NCBI GenBank assembly: GCA_030141605.1 | Contig: JAQGDQ010000267.1 | Coordinates: forward strand, 124,001-188,000 | DNA: 64,000 bases | From: Tubiluchus corallicola | Lineage: Eukaryota; Animalia; Priapulida | Reading direction: 5' to 3' | Shown here: piece after piece, positions 23,916 to 37,700 of the stretch | Layout of the letters: each line of letters begins with the position of its first letter | Position numbering within the stretch: the first letter of the stretch is position 1 | The notes under the pieces: generated by a model | The model's database searches: none | What the model was told of the DNA's origin: nothing | Seen by the model: the letters and a program-made list of their open reading frames with translations, nothing else | Translations under genes and position numbers: made by a program

Positions 23916-26355
23916 TAATTTAGTAATTAGCTAACGCATGTCAATTTGATTGGACACCTGTTAGTAACAATATTAGTCGTATAAAATTATAGCAAATTAA
24001 ATATTATAATAGTTTTTAGTTGCTACAGGCGAAGCGGTGACGAATGAACATTAATTACTGAGTCAGCCACCGTATCATTAAAGTTTTTGAGTAATATTTT
24101 CAAGTCAGACTCGAGTCCCTACTGAAAACCAAGGCATGAGATAGTAGTGAGTTCAAAAGCTAAGGGCGTTTTAAGGGGAATGACTGGTCACTGATAAGGA
24201 ACAATAAATAAGAACCACCTGCTTTAGAAACGGGTTACAACATTTCAGGTGCCCAAAATCGGGACAAAGGACATTTCGCAGAGCATACCTGTAAGCAGGC
24301 CCATCAAAATACTTGGATACCAACTGCAAATGTAACATATTTTTGGCTCTTTCTTTATATATTTAAACACAATGCTTAAATATAATTTTATGATATCGAA
24401 AAATCTAGTATTACTTGTTACTGAATTTTATTAATGCCAGAAATAATTGTATATGTACCTTTAATAGAATAATTTAAATATCTGTATAACCCCATTAAAA
24501 TAATTTAAAGCTGTACCACATATGTGGTGCCTACAAGCTTCTCTTACCTTAGTGTAAGGCCATTAATATTGAACACTAGCTGTTCGTAATTAAGCATGTT
24601 TATCAAGGGCCTTGTGACGTTAAAATGCAGTCATACTTATTGATAGTAAGTGTACAGTTCGGATCATTATGTCCGTTTTAAAACTACTCAGTGAAGTGCA
24701 GCAAGATTGCTAATTTAAAGGAAATGATGATGGTTTTTCAGATCTTATCCTACTTTGAAGTATAGCAAAAAGCATACATTCTAACACTTAGATAATAATG
24801 CCAAAGTGTTTAATGGCCGGTGAGCCACAACAGGCAATGACTTCACAACTGAACATAATTTTCTAGTAAAAACATTCCATGAGCTTTTTGTGCATATTTA
24901 CAATAGCAAAAATTGAAGTACATTGTTATCTTACAGCTTTGTCTATGGTTTGCATGAACTTTCCAAATTGTAAGTAAAAGACATTTTAATTCCGAGTTTA
25001 CGTTTGTGATTTCACGAATGTAACATTTGAAATGTGTTTGATGAACAGCACCTATTTTTTGTACAATGCATTTCCGAATACAAGCGCTGTTGTCCATCTT
25101 ATTAGAGAGTGACGAAAACCGTGAAATAGCCAAAAAAACTAATCGCGCAAATGCGAAATTCAACTCTTCTGGTGATAAATCTTTAAAGTAAAGCATTATA
25201 ACAGGAAAGGACATGAAACTTAGCATGTTGGGTTTATTTTAGTGCTATTGCCTAACTTTAGAAAAATGTAGCAAAGCAATTTGCAGAAAAATTGTCTATA
25301 AAGCATAAACTTAATTTTTATTATCGCACTATAGAAATTTTCCAGGATGGTGTTTGCTGCCATTCACTTGAAATTGTGATGTAAGTGGTGGACATTGTGT
25401 GAAAAGTTCAGATTTTGGCCAGATCCAGTTGTAAAATTGCCAGTCTTTTTTGTATTTGGTTATCGTTATTTTGCAATTATTAGTTATTTGCATCGTTTTT
25501 GCCATATCAAATACAAAATTTGAATTGTTTGCCCGAAGTCTTTTGGTGTAAGAATTGTGAAATGACTTGTGTTTTTGAATTTCCTACTACAGGGTGATTT
25601 CATGCTTGAGATATAGTCTCCTGCATCATTCGTGTCATGTTACACCAAACAGCGACAAACAATAATGATACATTTATGACAGTGCAGCAGTAATGTTACC
25701 GCTTTCCAAGTTCTGCTTGTACATCACCACTTTAAAGATTTGGGAAGCGCTTTTGTAATTGATGTTTTGATTTAAGTTCAGTTTTAGTAAAAAGTGAAAA
25801 AGTTTGTATTTACTCTCGTTCTATTCATGAAAATTCGTCAAAAATTCAATTCTGCTGTTCCCAGTGATGAAAACCTTTGATTCGGTTCATTAAATTAAAG
25901 TGCAGGTTCTTGCAACTTAATTATGAGTGTAAGGAAATACCAGTGTAGTAGTGTAACAAACTTAGCGAGAGTGCTATCATATGAAAATTGTAGTTGGATG
26001 TGTGCAGAAGATGCTAAAGAGAAAAAGGAAGTAATAGAAGAGAATAGCAAGCCATTTTAAAGTAAGAAATTAAAGGATAGGATGGCAAAAATAAAACAAG
26101 AAGTGTTAGGACTGGCACCAGTGTGATTTGGAGAGGTAAAAAAGTGAAAGTGATATTAACAACCTGAAAGAAGAAGCATTTGCTGTATTAGTAAAGTCAG
26201 AATACTGTAAGCTTGAAGATAAGTGTGTATTTAGGCAATATTTTAAATCTAATAAAAAAGTTACTAATTTGTCAACTTTCTCACCTGTTAGCTTATTTTT
26301 GCAGCATTAATTTACTAAAAATCAAGATTTATTTTCCCATTTTAGAATTTTTAAG

Positions 26356-28715
26356 ATGTCTGCAAAGCAGATGTGTGAAGGTCCACTTGTTGTAGATCTG
26401 GCTGAACAGAATGATGCGGCTGTGTATTCTCTTGATAGATGTTCCAACATGACACGTCATATTAGAAAAGTGGTTAGCAATCCACTGCAGGGTGACTCAC
26501 AGTCCGCAGAATCTAATTGGCAAAATCACGCTGGAAATTTGGCTGATAACACCTGGAAAAGTGCAATGTCACCTGTGAGTCAAAATTTGCCCGAACATTT
26601 AAATGGTAATGCTTCTCAGATAGCGTTACCGTCAAGTAATAAAAATAATGCCAGAAATTTGGTTGACAGCAGTCAGCCAAAGCTGTCACTGTCTACTAAA
26701 CGCAGGGATGCTAGCTGTTTTGTTGACCCACCATTATTCACTAAACAGAATAATACCGAAATGAAGCTTTGTAATGGAAGACACAGTGCACCATCATCTA
26801 CTTTGCACAGTGGTGCCAGAAGCATTGTTAGTAGTACCCAACAGAGTATGCCATCGTGTATTCAGGCAAACTCTTCTTGTCAAAGTTTTGTTAGTAACTC
26901 ATCTGGTAGTTTTCCTTGTGAGGTATCATCCCGCAGCCCAGGAATTAATAGAAAAAAAGTTTTGCAATACTTAAGGTTTGTGAAGTTTCAAAAACGAAAG
27001 TTGATAAGTCAGCTTAAAAATGGAAATTTGACAAATTCACAGAAGTGGCCGATAAGGCTTCAATTGAAGGAGTTCTATTGGCGTGAAAGAGTTGCTAAGA
27101 GGCATCTTAAAGAGAGGCAGAAGTCGAAGACTCGCTCAAAGAAGAACAGTTTACATGAGAAAAGTGCCGTGCCTTTGGGGAGGGTCGTATTAGGAAAGGC
27201 TGCTGTCATGGTGACATCTGGACAGGCAGAAGTTAATTCATTGCCAGCCACATCGGAAACTGCCAATGTTAAAATCCCCGAACCTTGTCTTCTAAGTCGG
27301 ACTAATTCTTCAGCTGATGTGGAAATTATTGAAGTTAATATGCCAAAGGATAGCCCTGATAGTCCTGATGAAAAATTGTCAAACCAACAAGATAATGAAT
27401 GTGGATTTCGAGTAGCAAACAGATCTGGTGCAAGTACCCCATCTTTGTTCACAGCCAATGCAGACTTTGTACCAAATGCTATGGGCAGGCAAGCACCATC
27501 ATTATGTCAAACCAGTTCTTTTGATCCACGATTGGCACATGAAGATCGGCTGAGGAGCCTTGTTGTAAGGAGCAAAATCATCTATAGAAAGTGGAGGAAA
27601 TCAGTGAAGAGATTATTGAAACGAAACAACAAACGTGCAAAATGTGCTAAAGTCATGTCAGCGGCATCTTGGGAAGGGGGCACTGGAACAGTAACATCAG
27701 GACAGGCTACTGCTCTCCCTGTAGATAATGGTGTTCAAGCTCATGTTCAAGATTGGCCTACTTCTATAGAGCCAGTAGAAGTTGTTGAATTAAGCCGACC
27801 TATGTCAGGTATGATTCGTGAACCTCAAACTAAATCAAAGGATTGGCGGTCATGCAAGACGAATAATCGTAGGAAATTTCTAGTTGATTTACCTGTGGAT
27901 GAAGGTCCTACATCCATATCAAGATTTGCAGAAAACTGTGAACAGAATCACATCGTTCCTAATGCCGATGAAAAAGCGTCTGGTAATACTAATAATGATG
28001 TTGAAGTCATTCAAGTTATTCAGAATGTGCAGGGCATTGATGGCACGTGCAATGATGGTTTAATGCAGGATTTACAGAAAACACGGACTAGTGATGGTAA
28101 TTCTGATGTTGTACTCATGCAGCGTATGCAAAACATTCAGCCAAGTAATGATGCTCAAATAGTTCAAAAGGCACGAATCAAGGATAAGGAAGTAGTTCAG
28201 GGTTTTGAAAAATCAGTAGGAAGTAATATTAATTCTGATTTTGAATCAGAGGGTGCAAATGGTAACACTGATAATTCATTAGCGCATGTCTCTCTTGCTG
28301 GTACATCTAGTGCTAGAGCTCGTACAAGTGCTTTCCAAGAAACACAGCTTACTTTTTCATCACCAAAGCCTTTTTCGAAAGCTCTTACTGGCCAGAAGAG
28401 GCCAAAATTGGGCAAAATTGGCAATGTGTCTGCCATTTCAAATCCAGCGCCTTCTGCACCTGGAACTTCCCGGTTCCAAGTCAGAGGCAATTTATTATTC
28501 ATTCAGCCACAAAGCTCTGAGTGTCATGAAAATACAGCACATAAATCGTATATTACTGCACCATCTGGCAATGAACGTCTAAGAGATCAGAATCAGACAG
28601 CGGGTCAACAGAAGACAAATTTGCCTAAGAAGAAGGAGTTCACATCTATGGAGCCGGAAGTAGTGTCGTGCAGAGAGGAATCCACAGCTATTATTCCAGC
28701 ATCGTCGGCTTACAA
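26356..28715 (+). CDS. NOL9: NOL9 first coding exon (2.36 kb, low-complexity N-terminal extension)
   Basis: The 787-aa ORF follows acceptor TTTTAG (26345) and ends at donor AA|GTAAGG. Its phase 2 matches the next NOL9 exon at 30498. Confidence 0.7.
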
Positions 28716-31700
28716 GTAAGGTTTTAATTTTAAAAGTACTAGTTAGCTTTTTTGCAGTCATTAATTTTTTGAAGTGAGGTTCTCGTAAGTAATGCTTGGT
28801 TAGGTTTGTTGCTGCCGCTGAGTGTTCATTAAGCAATGTGTTGTTAATTTTTTGTTTTTCCAGTGGTTTTGAACAGTTAAAGAGTTTGTAGATAGATGAT
28901 GCTGTGTGAGCAAGTTGGCTTGCCTTAATTAGGGCAGAGTGTCCCTTTGTACAAATTTAACAAAGCCAGGTAAACAGGCATGTATTAAATCAGCCTGTCA
29001 TTTCTGTGCATACATAGTTTTGGAAAAGTGGTCACGTTTTTGCTAAAGCTATGTTATTTTATGTTTTTTTGTGCATCAGTTATAGTCACATTTGAGCCAT
29101 CTGTTATGTTGCTTAGCAACTGTCACTGCTTGTAACTAAGGTCACGTGAATATAGTGTTTTGTTATGGCAAATACGGTCTGTCACTGTGCCGAAAGAAGA
29201 TGAAATTTTCGTAAGCTTTTAGTTAAAAGACTGAAAACTGTTGTTAGCGGGATGCAAACTTCATCAAATTTTGAATATTTTATTTGAACTATGTACTTTT
29301 TAATTGCAAGCTCAATATTTTAGGCCACTTAACTATTTGGTCCTTTGTGATCTAGACAAGTTCTTTTCTAGTCCTAACATTTCCCCAGTTCTTACAGTTT
29401 GTTCAAGTGAATAGTTTTCTCAATTTAATTATTTTTGCTTATATAATCAAGATTAATTTTCTGGCTAATTGAAGCCTGGAATTGCATGTGATTAATTAAT
29501 TAACTATATGGTTTTAATTTTTAAAATTACTAATAACTGGTCTAAGACATTAGCTTGTACATGTATCTCAGAGGCCTGTAGTTCACTTCTAATTTTGCTA
29601 AATTTCCTGCCTTGATAATTTGGCAAAGAGGAGAAAACATCGATATTTTTTTATTTGCAAACTGCGGCTACCAATGAAATTTTTGGCCTCTGAGCTTTTA
29701 TCTAACAAGTGTTTACTCCGAATGTGAATAGTAGCATCAGTAATATTATTTATAAGTTACAAATTCGGTTTTGTGATAGTGAATGGCAGAAAAATGAGTA
29801 ATTGCTTTAATGGCATTCTAATACTACAAACAAGATAAATTTGTGTGGATTACAATAAGTGATCCAATCCGGTAACTAGCATTAGAAATTAACTTTTGTT
29901 CAGTCACTACATTTATTTAAATCGGCAAATTAGCAGATTCAATTCCAAGAACGTAATGTATGATGTGTAGAAGTCATGCAATTATATTATTATAAAAAAG
30001 TTATTAATAAAGCCGCTTAACTTAGTAATTAGATTGAATGAAAATTTGATTTTGGTTGTTTCAAGTGCTGCATGCATACTGAGCATTAATAAATTATTTG
30101 AAAACTCATCAACTTATTTGAAAACTTGAAAAAGTGCAATCAAACTGTTTGTGAATGTTATACATACAAAATATTAGCAAGTGATTTCTAAGACTGCTTC
30201 AAGCAAATTTCTACAGTAAAACACCCAAGTTTGTGCCACAATTTTAACTTTTCAACTTTTTTGCGTAATGTGCAATGAGCTGTATACCAAAGTGTTAGTT
30301 CTCTTGCTAATAAAAACTGTTAATTTTCTCTTTGGTACTAAACTCGTTATGCAGTTCTTAGAAGTTCATTGGCAGTTTGCACCTTTTTTTTATTTTTTGC
30401 ATGAATTAAACCATCGGCTATCGAAATGCATTAACTGGAAATGAACTCTGCACCCAAGAAATCTAGCACCCATATATTATTGTTACGTTCATTTCAGAGC
30501 TTACAAGTTGAGTGATGATCTTGCATGTGTGTGTGTGTCTTGCCCGACACAGGAGATTGCCCTGAAGGGGAAAGTGTCAGTTCGCGTCATTCTGGGAAAA
30601 GTGACTGTTCTGGGTTATATACTTCAACCGAGGAAGGCCTACTTCGATGTGTATTCTCCGGAGACAACCTCACTACTGTCTTTCAAGTGCGAGCGGGGGT
30701 ATGCAAGATTTATGTAGCTTTTTGCGCTTATGCTTTGCATGTGCTGGTTCCATTTTCCGGGATAACTGAGACTTGTGTGTGTGGTTCTATTTATTTATTC
30801 GACTTTGGCTCATTTTCAGCACCAAGGCTCCTGTTTTTGCAAAGACCGTCTTGCAAGCCGTGATGAAAGAGAAAAACGTGCCAAAAATGTTAGCTGATAC
30901 GATTCTGGCTCGAACTCACAAAAATGCTGTAGTGTTTTTACTTCGTAAGGTATGGTAAGCTTACTTTTTTGCATGTTTTTGTCACAAACAAGCCACATAG
31001 CAATTTTTGTTTCTGCTAGTGTATAATTAGATCTTTTATTGTAGATTGGATATGATTATCCTGATATATTTATTTTTCTAAGGGAGGTATGTCTCTCCAC
31101 AGTTGATCTTAGTTTACGTATTGTAGATGCACAACAAACTTAAGCATTTTGCTTGTCGTGCTTCACATCCTACTTCCCAGAGAATAAGCATTAATGTTTT
31201 ATTTCCTGTGAATAGATTATGATTTTTTCTGTATTTTTCATAAAAAGACTTGTGTCGAGGTGAATAGTCGAGAGCGGCTTTTTTACATATTTAGTGACTG
31301 AAGTTAGGCAATACTAAGACAGAGCTCTCTGCGGTTCAGCAACTCATCTTAGAGGATTATGATTTACTAGACATTGGTTCCGGTCCGGCTACAAGACTGT
31401 GTAGGGCCAGCAGACGGATGTGCTTTATTCTCTCTTGCAGAGTATCATATTGTATCAAGATACGTGATATCTAATTTTAACTGACTGGCCACTGGATTTG
31501 AGCTAACCGTTCCATATAAATATTTAAGCCATCATAATCTTTTTGTCTTTATGCAAGATGAGCAAACAAGTGAACTAAGGCAACTAAAATGAAGCTTTAT
31601 TAGCCTTTGTGGAAATAAGTAGTTCTTTGTATGTGTGCTATAGTGAATAATAGTCTGTTAACTACTGGCAAAATGCCCAAATCTTGTGCTGGCTGTTGAA

Positions 31701-34700
31701 ATGTGTATGTTCTTGATTACCTAAAAATATAGATACTTAATGAGCACTGTATACATTCATAGCTCACACTTTTGTTTTTATCTTTATCATCTCATCTTAA
31801 ACTTTTATATGTTTTAGCTGAATGACGTACCATGCCAGTACATCAGCAAATTCCGGGAATACCGTTTCTTGTTCGACTGCGGCACTTTACGAGGAGGTTT
31901 GCGCAACGTCAACGCATCCATCGACTTTCTTGGCTGCCATTTTGCTGACCCACAGCAGGTGCGCACCGTGTGCATAACACCTAGTGGTCGTGAAGCTGGG
32001 GAGAAAGTAAAACAGGCTGTCGTAAATGCAACAGGTTTAAAATAATTTAATTATAATAAACCTTGTGTAGCAAAGTATGTAGTTAATAGTGAAGTGTTTA
32101 AAAGTAAATGTGAGAACATTTTTCAGTAAGTCACTTTAACACGTAAAAGAATTGCCGTAATTAGGCTGGCAATAAAAATGCTTCTGTTTCCGTTTAATCA
32201 CCCGGGTAATAATTTTTTATCACACACCCAGTCATGAATTTTATATTTTTTATGTTCTTATATTTACCTGACGCAGTCACATAAAAGCGTATTTTTTTAA
32301 TTTGAAATATTGTTACAGCAAGCCAGCCATGTTTTCTACTGCTAACCGTGACTAGGATTTCCATTTTGTAAGATGTCGATTGTCTCATTGGAAGCTAAAA
32401 AGTATCACTTTTTTCGCTAAATTAGCATGTTGTAGTAGTGTTGCAGCTTATACCATAATTAACTGAACATGCATTCATACCTTACAAAAGAGACTATACA
32501 ACAATCGATAATTATATGATAATTTAGTAATGTGAAACTAAAAAAACAAGTCAGTAAAAATGTATTGAAAAAATTTAAAACATTACTGCAAACAAACAAG
32601 CTTTGATTTCAACGGTTTTTTACTATTCCACATTTCAGCAAAGATAATTCTAATTAACAACATTAATTTTATGACAATTTTTATTTTGCTGCCATGCATT
32701 CAAATTGGGGAGCAGAAAAACAAAGCCCTTGATTCGAAAAGCATTTTCCCAACAATAATCCATCATAATTATATGCCATACGCTCTCTTATTTGCTGGAC
32801 TTTCTGCTAATTCGTTTTGTCATTTATTGGTTCTTCTATTCACACCGTTCATTCATTCTTTTACTCTTTATTTATGCCTTCATTTACTTGTTGGTTTTTA
32901 CTCATTTCACACACGTTCTTGCATAAATAAGTTAACTGATCGTTCATTCGAAAATTCACTCGTTTGTCCATCATTTTATCGACTTTAAATGATTTGTTCA
33001 ATGGTACACTCAGTGTTTGACTTATTCGATTTATCTGTCTGTTGACTCGTGGAATTTATTTATCCGTTTATTCATTCATTCATTCGTTCATTCATCCATT
33101 CGTTTATTCTTGTAGTCAATAATTCATTTATTGAGCTATCAGTTCATGCATTCATTTTGTCAGTCACCAATTCTGTCATGACTGATGCTTATATAATTTT
33201 TTCTTTATATGTTGTTTTCATAGTGTAGCTGATTCTCTTTATTATTCTCTTATCTTTATTATGTAGATAGACCACAGGTGGTAGTTGTTTGTGGAGGGAA
33301 GAACGTCGGGAAGTCAACCTTCTGTAGATTTCTAATCAACAGTTTGCTAAGTGACCATCGGTAAGCCAATTATCAAAAATGATTACTTGTATAACTGTGA
33401 TATGCTGGACAGTAGAAGTTAGCTGTCTTTCTACGATGACTGTGTTTGTATTCAAACTGTATTTATGACTGTGAATAACTCGCCTTTGTTAAAAGTGTCT
33501 CCATACTGGAGTCTTTATTATCTCTGAGAGGCTGAGCACATAATTTTGCTAATGCCAGTGATGGTGTTTCACTGTGAGCTACAGGGCGAGTGTATGCTAC
33601 TAGAAACTAAATTCAAATTGAATAGGATTTTTGGTTTTCAAAATCAAATCTAATCAAATTTCAAGATTTTAATTCAGTATTGAAGTATTCAGAGTTAATT
33701 TTTAGTAAAAAGCATTCTTGCAAATATCATGCATACTCCTTGATGTTGTTCTATGTCAGCCAATGTATAGTAACAACAATAGAAATTTGTTAAAAAATTG
33801 TGGACTGAGGTGGTAGTTAAATTGTGCTGATATAGCATGATTTTTTAAACATTTTAATAAAGAACAAATAAATTATTAGAATCCATAATTCTAGGTTTGA
33901 ATCGAATCTTGATAAAAAATTTCTGGATTTGAATTGAATGTCTGATGCTTGCTTTTAGTTGGATTTTTTACTAGAGACATCTGTTGACGTTGATGACAAC
34001 TTTTCCTGCAAATGTATTGCAGTGCTTGACATATTCATAGAAATACTTTTCTTAATTTGTTTGTCTAGAGTTTGCAAGAAAGTTTGTTATCTTGAGTGTG
34101 ACGTTGGACAGACAGAGTTTACACCATCAGGTTGTGTTTCACTGCACGTAGTTCAGCGACCCTTGCTTGGTACGTGATAGTTATTAAAGAAACCTCGACT
34201 GATGCTGCTTGTTGCAGAACTTCCTACTGTATTGCTATTTCCTTGACATTAAAAAAAACATTTTCGTTTAATTTAATTTGGCAAAAAGAAAATTTTCTAC
34301 ATCTGCCACCAGTTGTAAAATAATTCTCCTTGTTGCTAATTGTATTATACTATGATTGGTGTCAGACTAGATATGGAACACCCTAAAAGCAGTTTTTGAC
34401 AGTGTAACTGATAACCAACCAAGGAACAATGGAAAAAAATCAGTAATTGAATAACCTGTTATGAGAAACTTCTGTTCATACTTTGCAATTATTGTGTTCT
34501 GCTGCTGACACATCATTATCTAGGTTTGTGACTGCCATGTTTTTGTAATTGCATTTTCTTGTAGGACCGCCATTTACTCATCAGCGCATCGGATTCAGAA
34601 CTTGTTTTTTAGGTTGTAAGAGCCCCAGTGACGATCCGATACGTTATGTGAGTTGCCTCAAGTTTGTGCACAGAGGTTACCTTAAAAAGTACGCTCAGAA

Positions 34701-37700
34701 AAATGTTCCCCTCATTGTCAATACAATGGGTTGGACCAGAGGTAAGTGTGCCTATGATAGATGCTTATGCTTTAGAGAGATTAGTGGCTGTGGAGAAAGC
34801 TCTTCAACACTGGTTAGATGAAGCCACAAAAATTGCCGTAATATCACTGTTTGTCTGATTCCTTCTGATGTTTTTTAAAAATGCAATTAGCTTGTAGAAG
34901 AAAATAGTAGTTTTTGCTTGTGTAAAAATACCAAGACTAATCACTGGGATCAGTAGTTTTTAGACAACTCGCTATATGAACTGGATTGTCACGACAGTGC
35001 ATGTGGTATGACAAAGACTGTTGTGAGTTGTTTTCGTTACTTTCAGTTCACTTCATTTAATTGAATTAGTTTCATTTAAAATACAAAAAAACAAAAAAGT
35101 TAGTATTAAGAACGAAAGTTACTAGTGTGATGCTTAATGTAATTGGGTATTTAATTTCACATAGTAGTCAGCGTGATGTATTTCTTTCTTTGTCTGAAAA
35201 TTAGATCTTATAAACTGTTTGGAAATAAGGGATGAAAAATTGTGTTGTAGTTAGTGAGAGGAGCTACATGTGCAAGTCATGGCAGGTCGAAAATGAGTTG
35301 TTCTACGATATTCTTGTCTTAGCAATTTTTGTTTTCTAAGAAAGGTCTCAAAATCGTTTTTAGAATTCAGACAGAACATCTATGTTCAATGCTTTTGCCT
35401 TACACTTGTACAGATACTCATAACAGTCATCATCAGTATTCTGAGTGGTGTTGAGCTCAGCAATGGTTGGCGCCCAGAAAATTTTTGAATTGCTAGAACG
35501 CCAGAGAAGCATTTTCGAAGAGAAAATATGGAGTTATACAGTATGTTCGCATAAAGCAAAAAAATAATGTTACCTCGGCGCGAGGCCCCGGGGAAGTATC
35601 CCCACTTCCCCCCCTAGAAATAGGCCCTGACTGTCGCTAATAAAGCTTTCAAGAAAGCTTCATTACCTTAACTTTTGGGTGTAGGATTTCCCATCTATCT
35701 TACTCAAAATCTTGTTTTGATATGTTCCTGAATAAACATGTACATCTTTTTATTTAAAACTTGTTTGATTTTTGAAAGCTGTTGCAATGGATATTTTAAT
35801 GAAGCAGTTGTCATAACTATGTTTGGCTTATTGATTTCTAAACAACTGCTACTCTGTATGCATTGTTTGTCATCCAACCCGCATGATAAAAGTTATTATA
35901 TTCTTTTCAGGAATGGGTTTGAATTTTCTGGTTGATACCCTCGCTCTGACGCGGCCCACTCACGTGATTCAGTTTCAGCATCCGTCTAAGAACAAGAGCT
36001 TACCTCGTATCGACAATAACTTTCTCTCTAGGACGTCGGGGATGGTTTTCCACCTCCATTCTGCATCCCATCAGCTCTTTTGCGTGGCCACAGCTAGTCA
36101 CATCTATAATAAATTGTAAGTGTTTCTTTCTTCGTGTTATGCATTATTAGAATGTATGCATCTTACTTTGATTAAATCTTTGTCAATGCTTGGTCAATAT
36201 ATCTCATATGGGTATCTGAGATTTTAGGTTATCTAGCTTCATTACTGGCAAGATTTAACCTAAGGAAGAACCATCTTTTATTATTCTTGTATAATAGTGT
36301 TTCAACAGATGTTACATTGTACATTAGGACCGCATAGTACATACCTACTCACTCATAATTATCCAAGTATAGGACAATTTGTCCTGAGAAACGTTTTGGA
36401 AGAATATCAGTACGAAAAAAATGCGATTTCTGTTGGTGTTTAGCTTCATTTATTATCAAAGTTTGCAGAAATGCCAAACAAAATTCTAGTTTTGTCCTTT
36501 TTTTTACTTAAATTAAAATTGACGTTTTTTCTTGTTAAGACTAGTTCAGTAAACCTCGCAAATTTGTAAAATGGAATATGCTGATTTTTACGAAACTCTT
36601 ACTTTGGAAAACACCCCGATTTTTTTATTTAAAACCTATGTACAGTGGCCGCCGCTTATTATGGACACGGTTATTGTGGACAGCCGGTTATTGTGGACAA
36701 CTCGCGAGGGACGGAATTTTCCCCTAATAAAATCCGCCGGTTAATATGGACAACCGCCGCTTAATATGGACAGCGAACATTCTTGGCACGTGAACCAGCC
36801 GTGCCAACCACGGCCTGCGCGCGTGATTGAAAAGAGCTTCCCGCTCTGCTGCCTGTGTGAGTCATTGCATCAGTCAGTTCGCCGTTTGCCGTGGCCTTGA
36901 GAGCTTCGAAACTGTGATAACTTCCTTCCGTTCAAGGTTGAGAGAAAAGTTTCCTGCCAAACAAACTCGTCTGACTTCTTTTTTTCAATAAAACAGGAGA
37001 CGAGTTGATACAGACAGTTTTTTGCCTTTTTTAATGAAGGGGAAGGGTCTTCATGGGTCACTTCGCTTAATATGGACAGCCGCTTAATATGGACATACAC
37101 TGCTGGCCCGAGGTGTCCACAATAAGCGGCGGCCACTGTATTCCTAACCGTTATGCATTTATGATAAAAACTAAAATTTAATTTAGTTGAATTTTGCTTC
37201 CTGTTTTATAGTCGAGATTACAAGGCTGCTGATCATCGGAATCTCTGTTTAATGAGTTACCTAGGAAAGTCCCTAACGGTCAATGTGGATACTAGAAATC
37301 TCTCTTTAGAAGCCTTACGACCATATACGTATGTAACTTTGTGTATCCAGATGTTTAGTCTTTTTTTATGTCCGTGGATTAGCTAATGCAATTTGTGAAT
37401 TTGTTATTGATATTTATGAATTAAAAGCTAAGTTGTTGCTATGATTTGCACTTTCTATTTCAGTGTATGTAATGCAAAATTTTTATATAATTTTTGCAAA
37501 AGAGCTTATATATATATATATAGAGCCTGTTGTCTAGATTTGTGTACAGTCAAACCTCTTTATACTGCTTTTTTGTCCTTCAAAAAAGTTGGCATTAAGC
37601 AAGTATGGCATTATAACGAGGTGCCTTAATCCATATACGTTTATGCAAATATAAATATTTGTTTTTCCAAAAATATGGGTGCCAGGCGAGGTTGGCATTG

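Noticed and set aside
27075-28582. Antisense and alternate-frame ORFs within NOL9 exon 1
   Set aside because: They are shadows of the long coding exon with no independent support.
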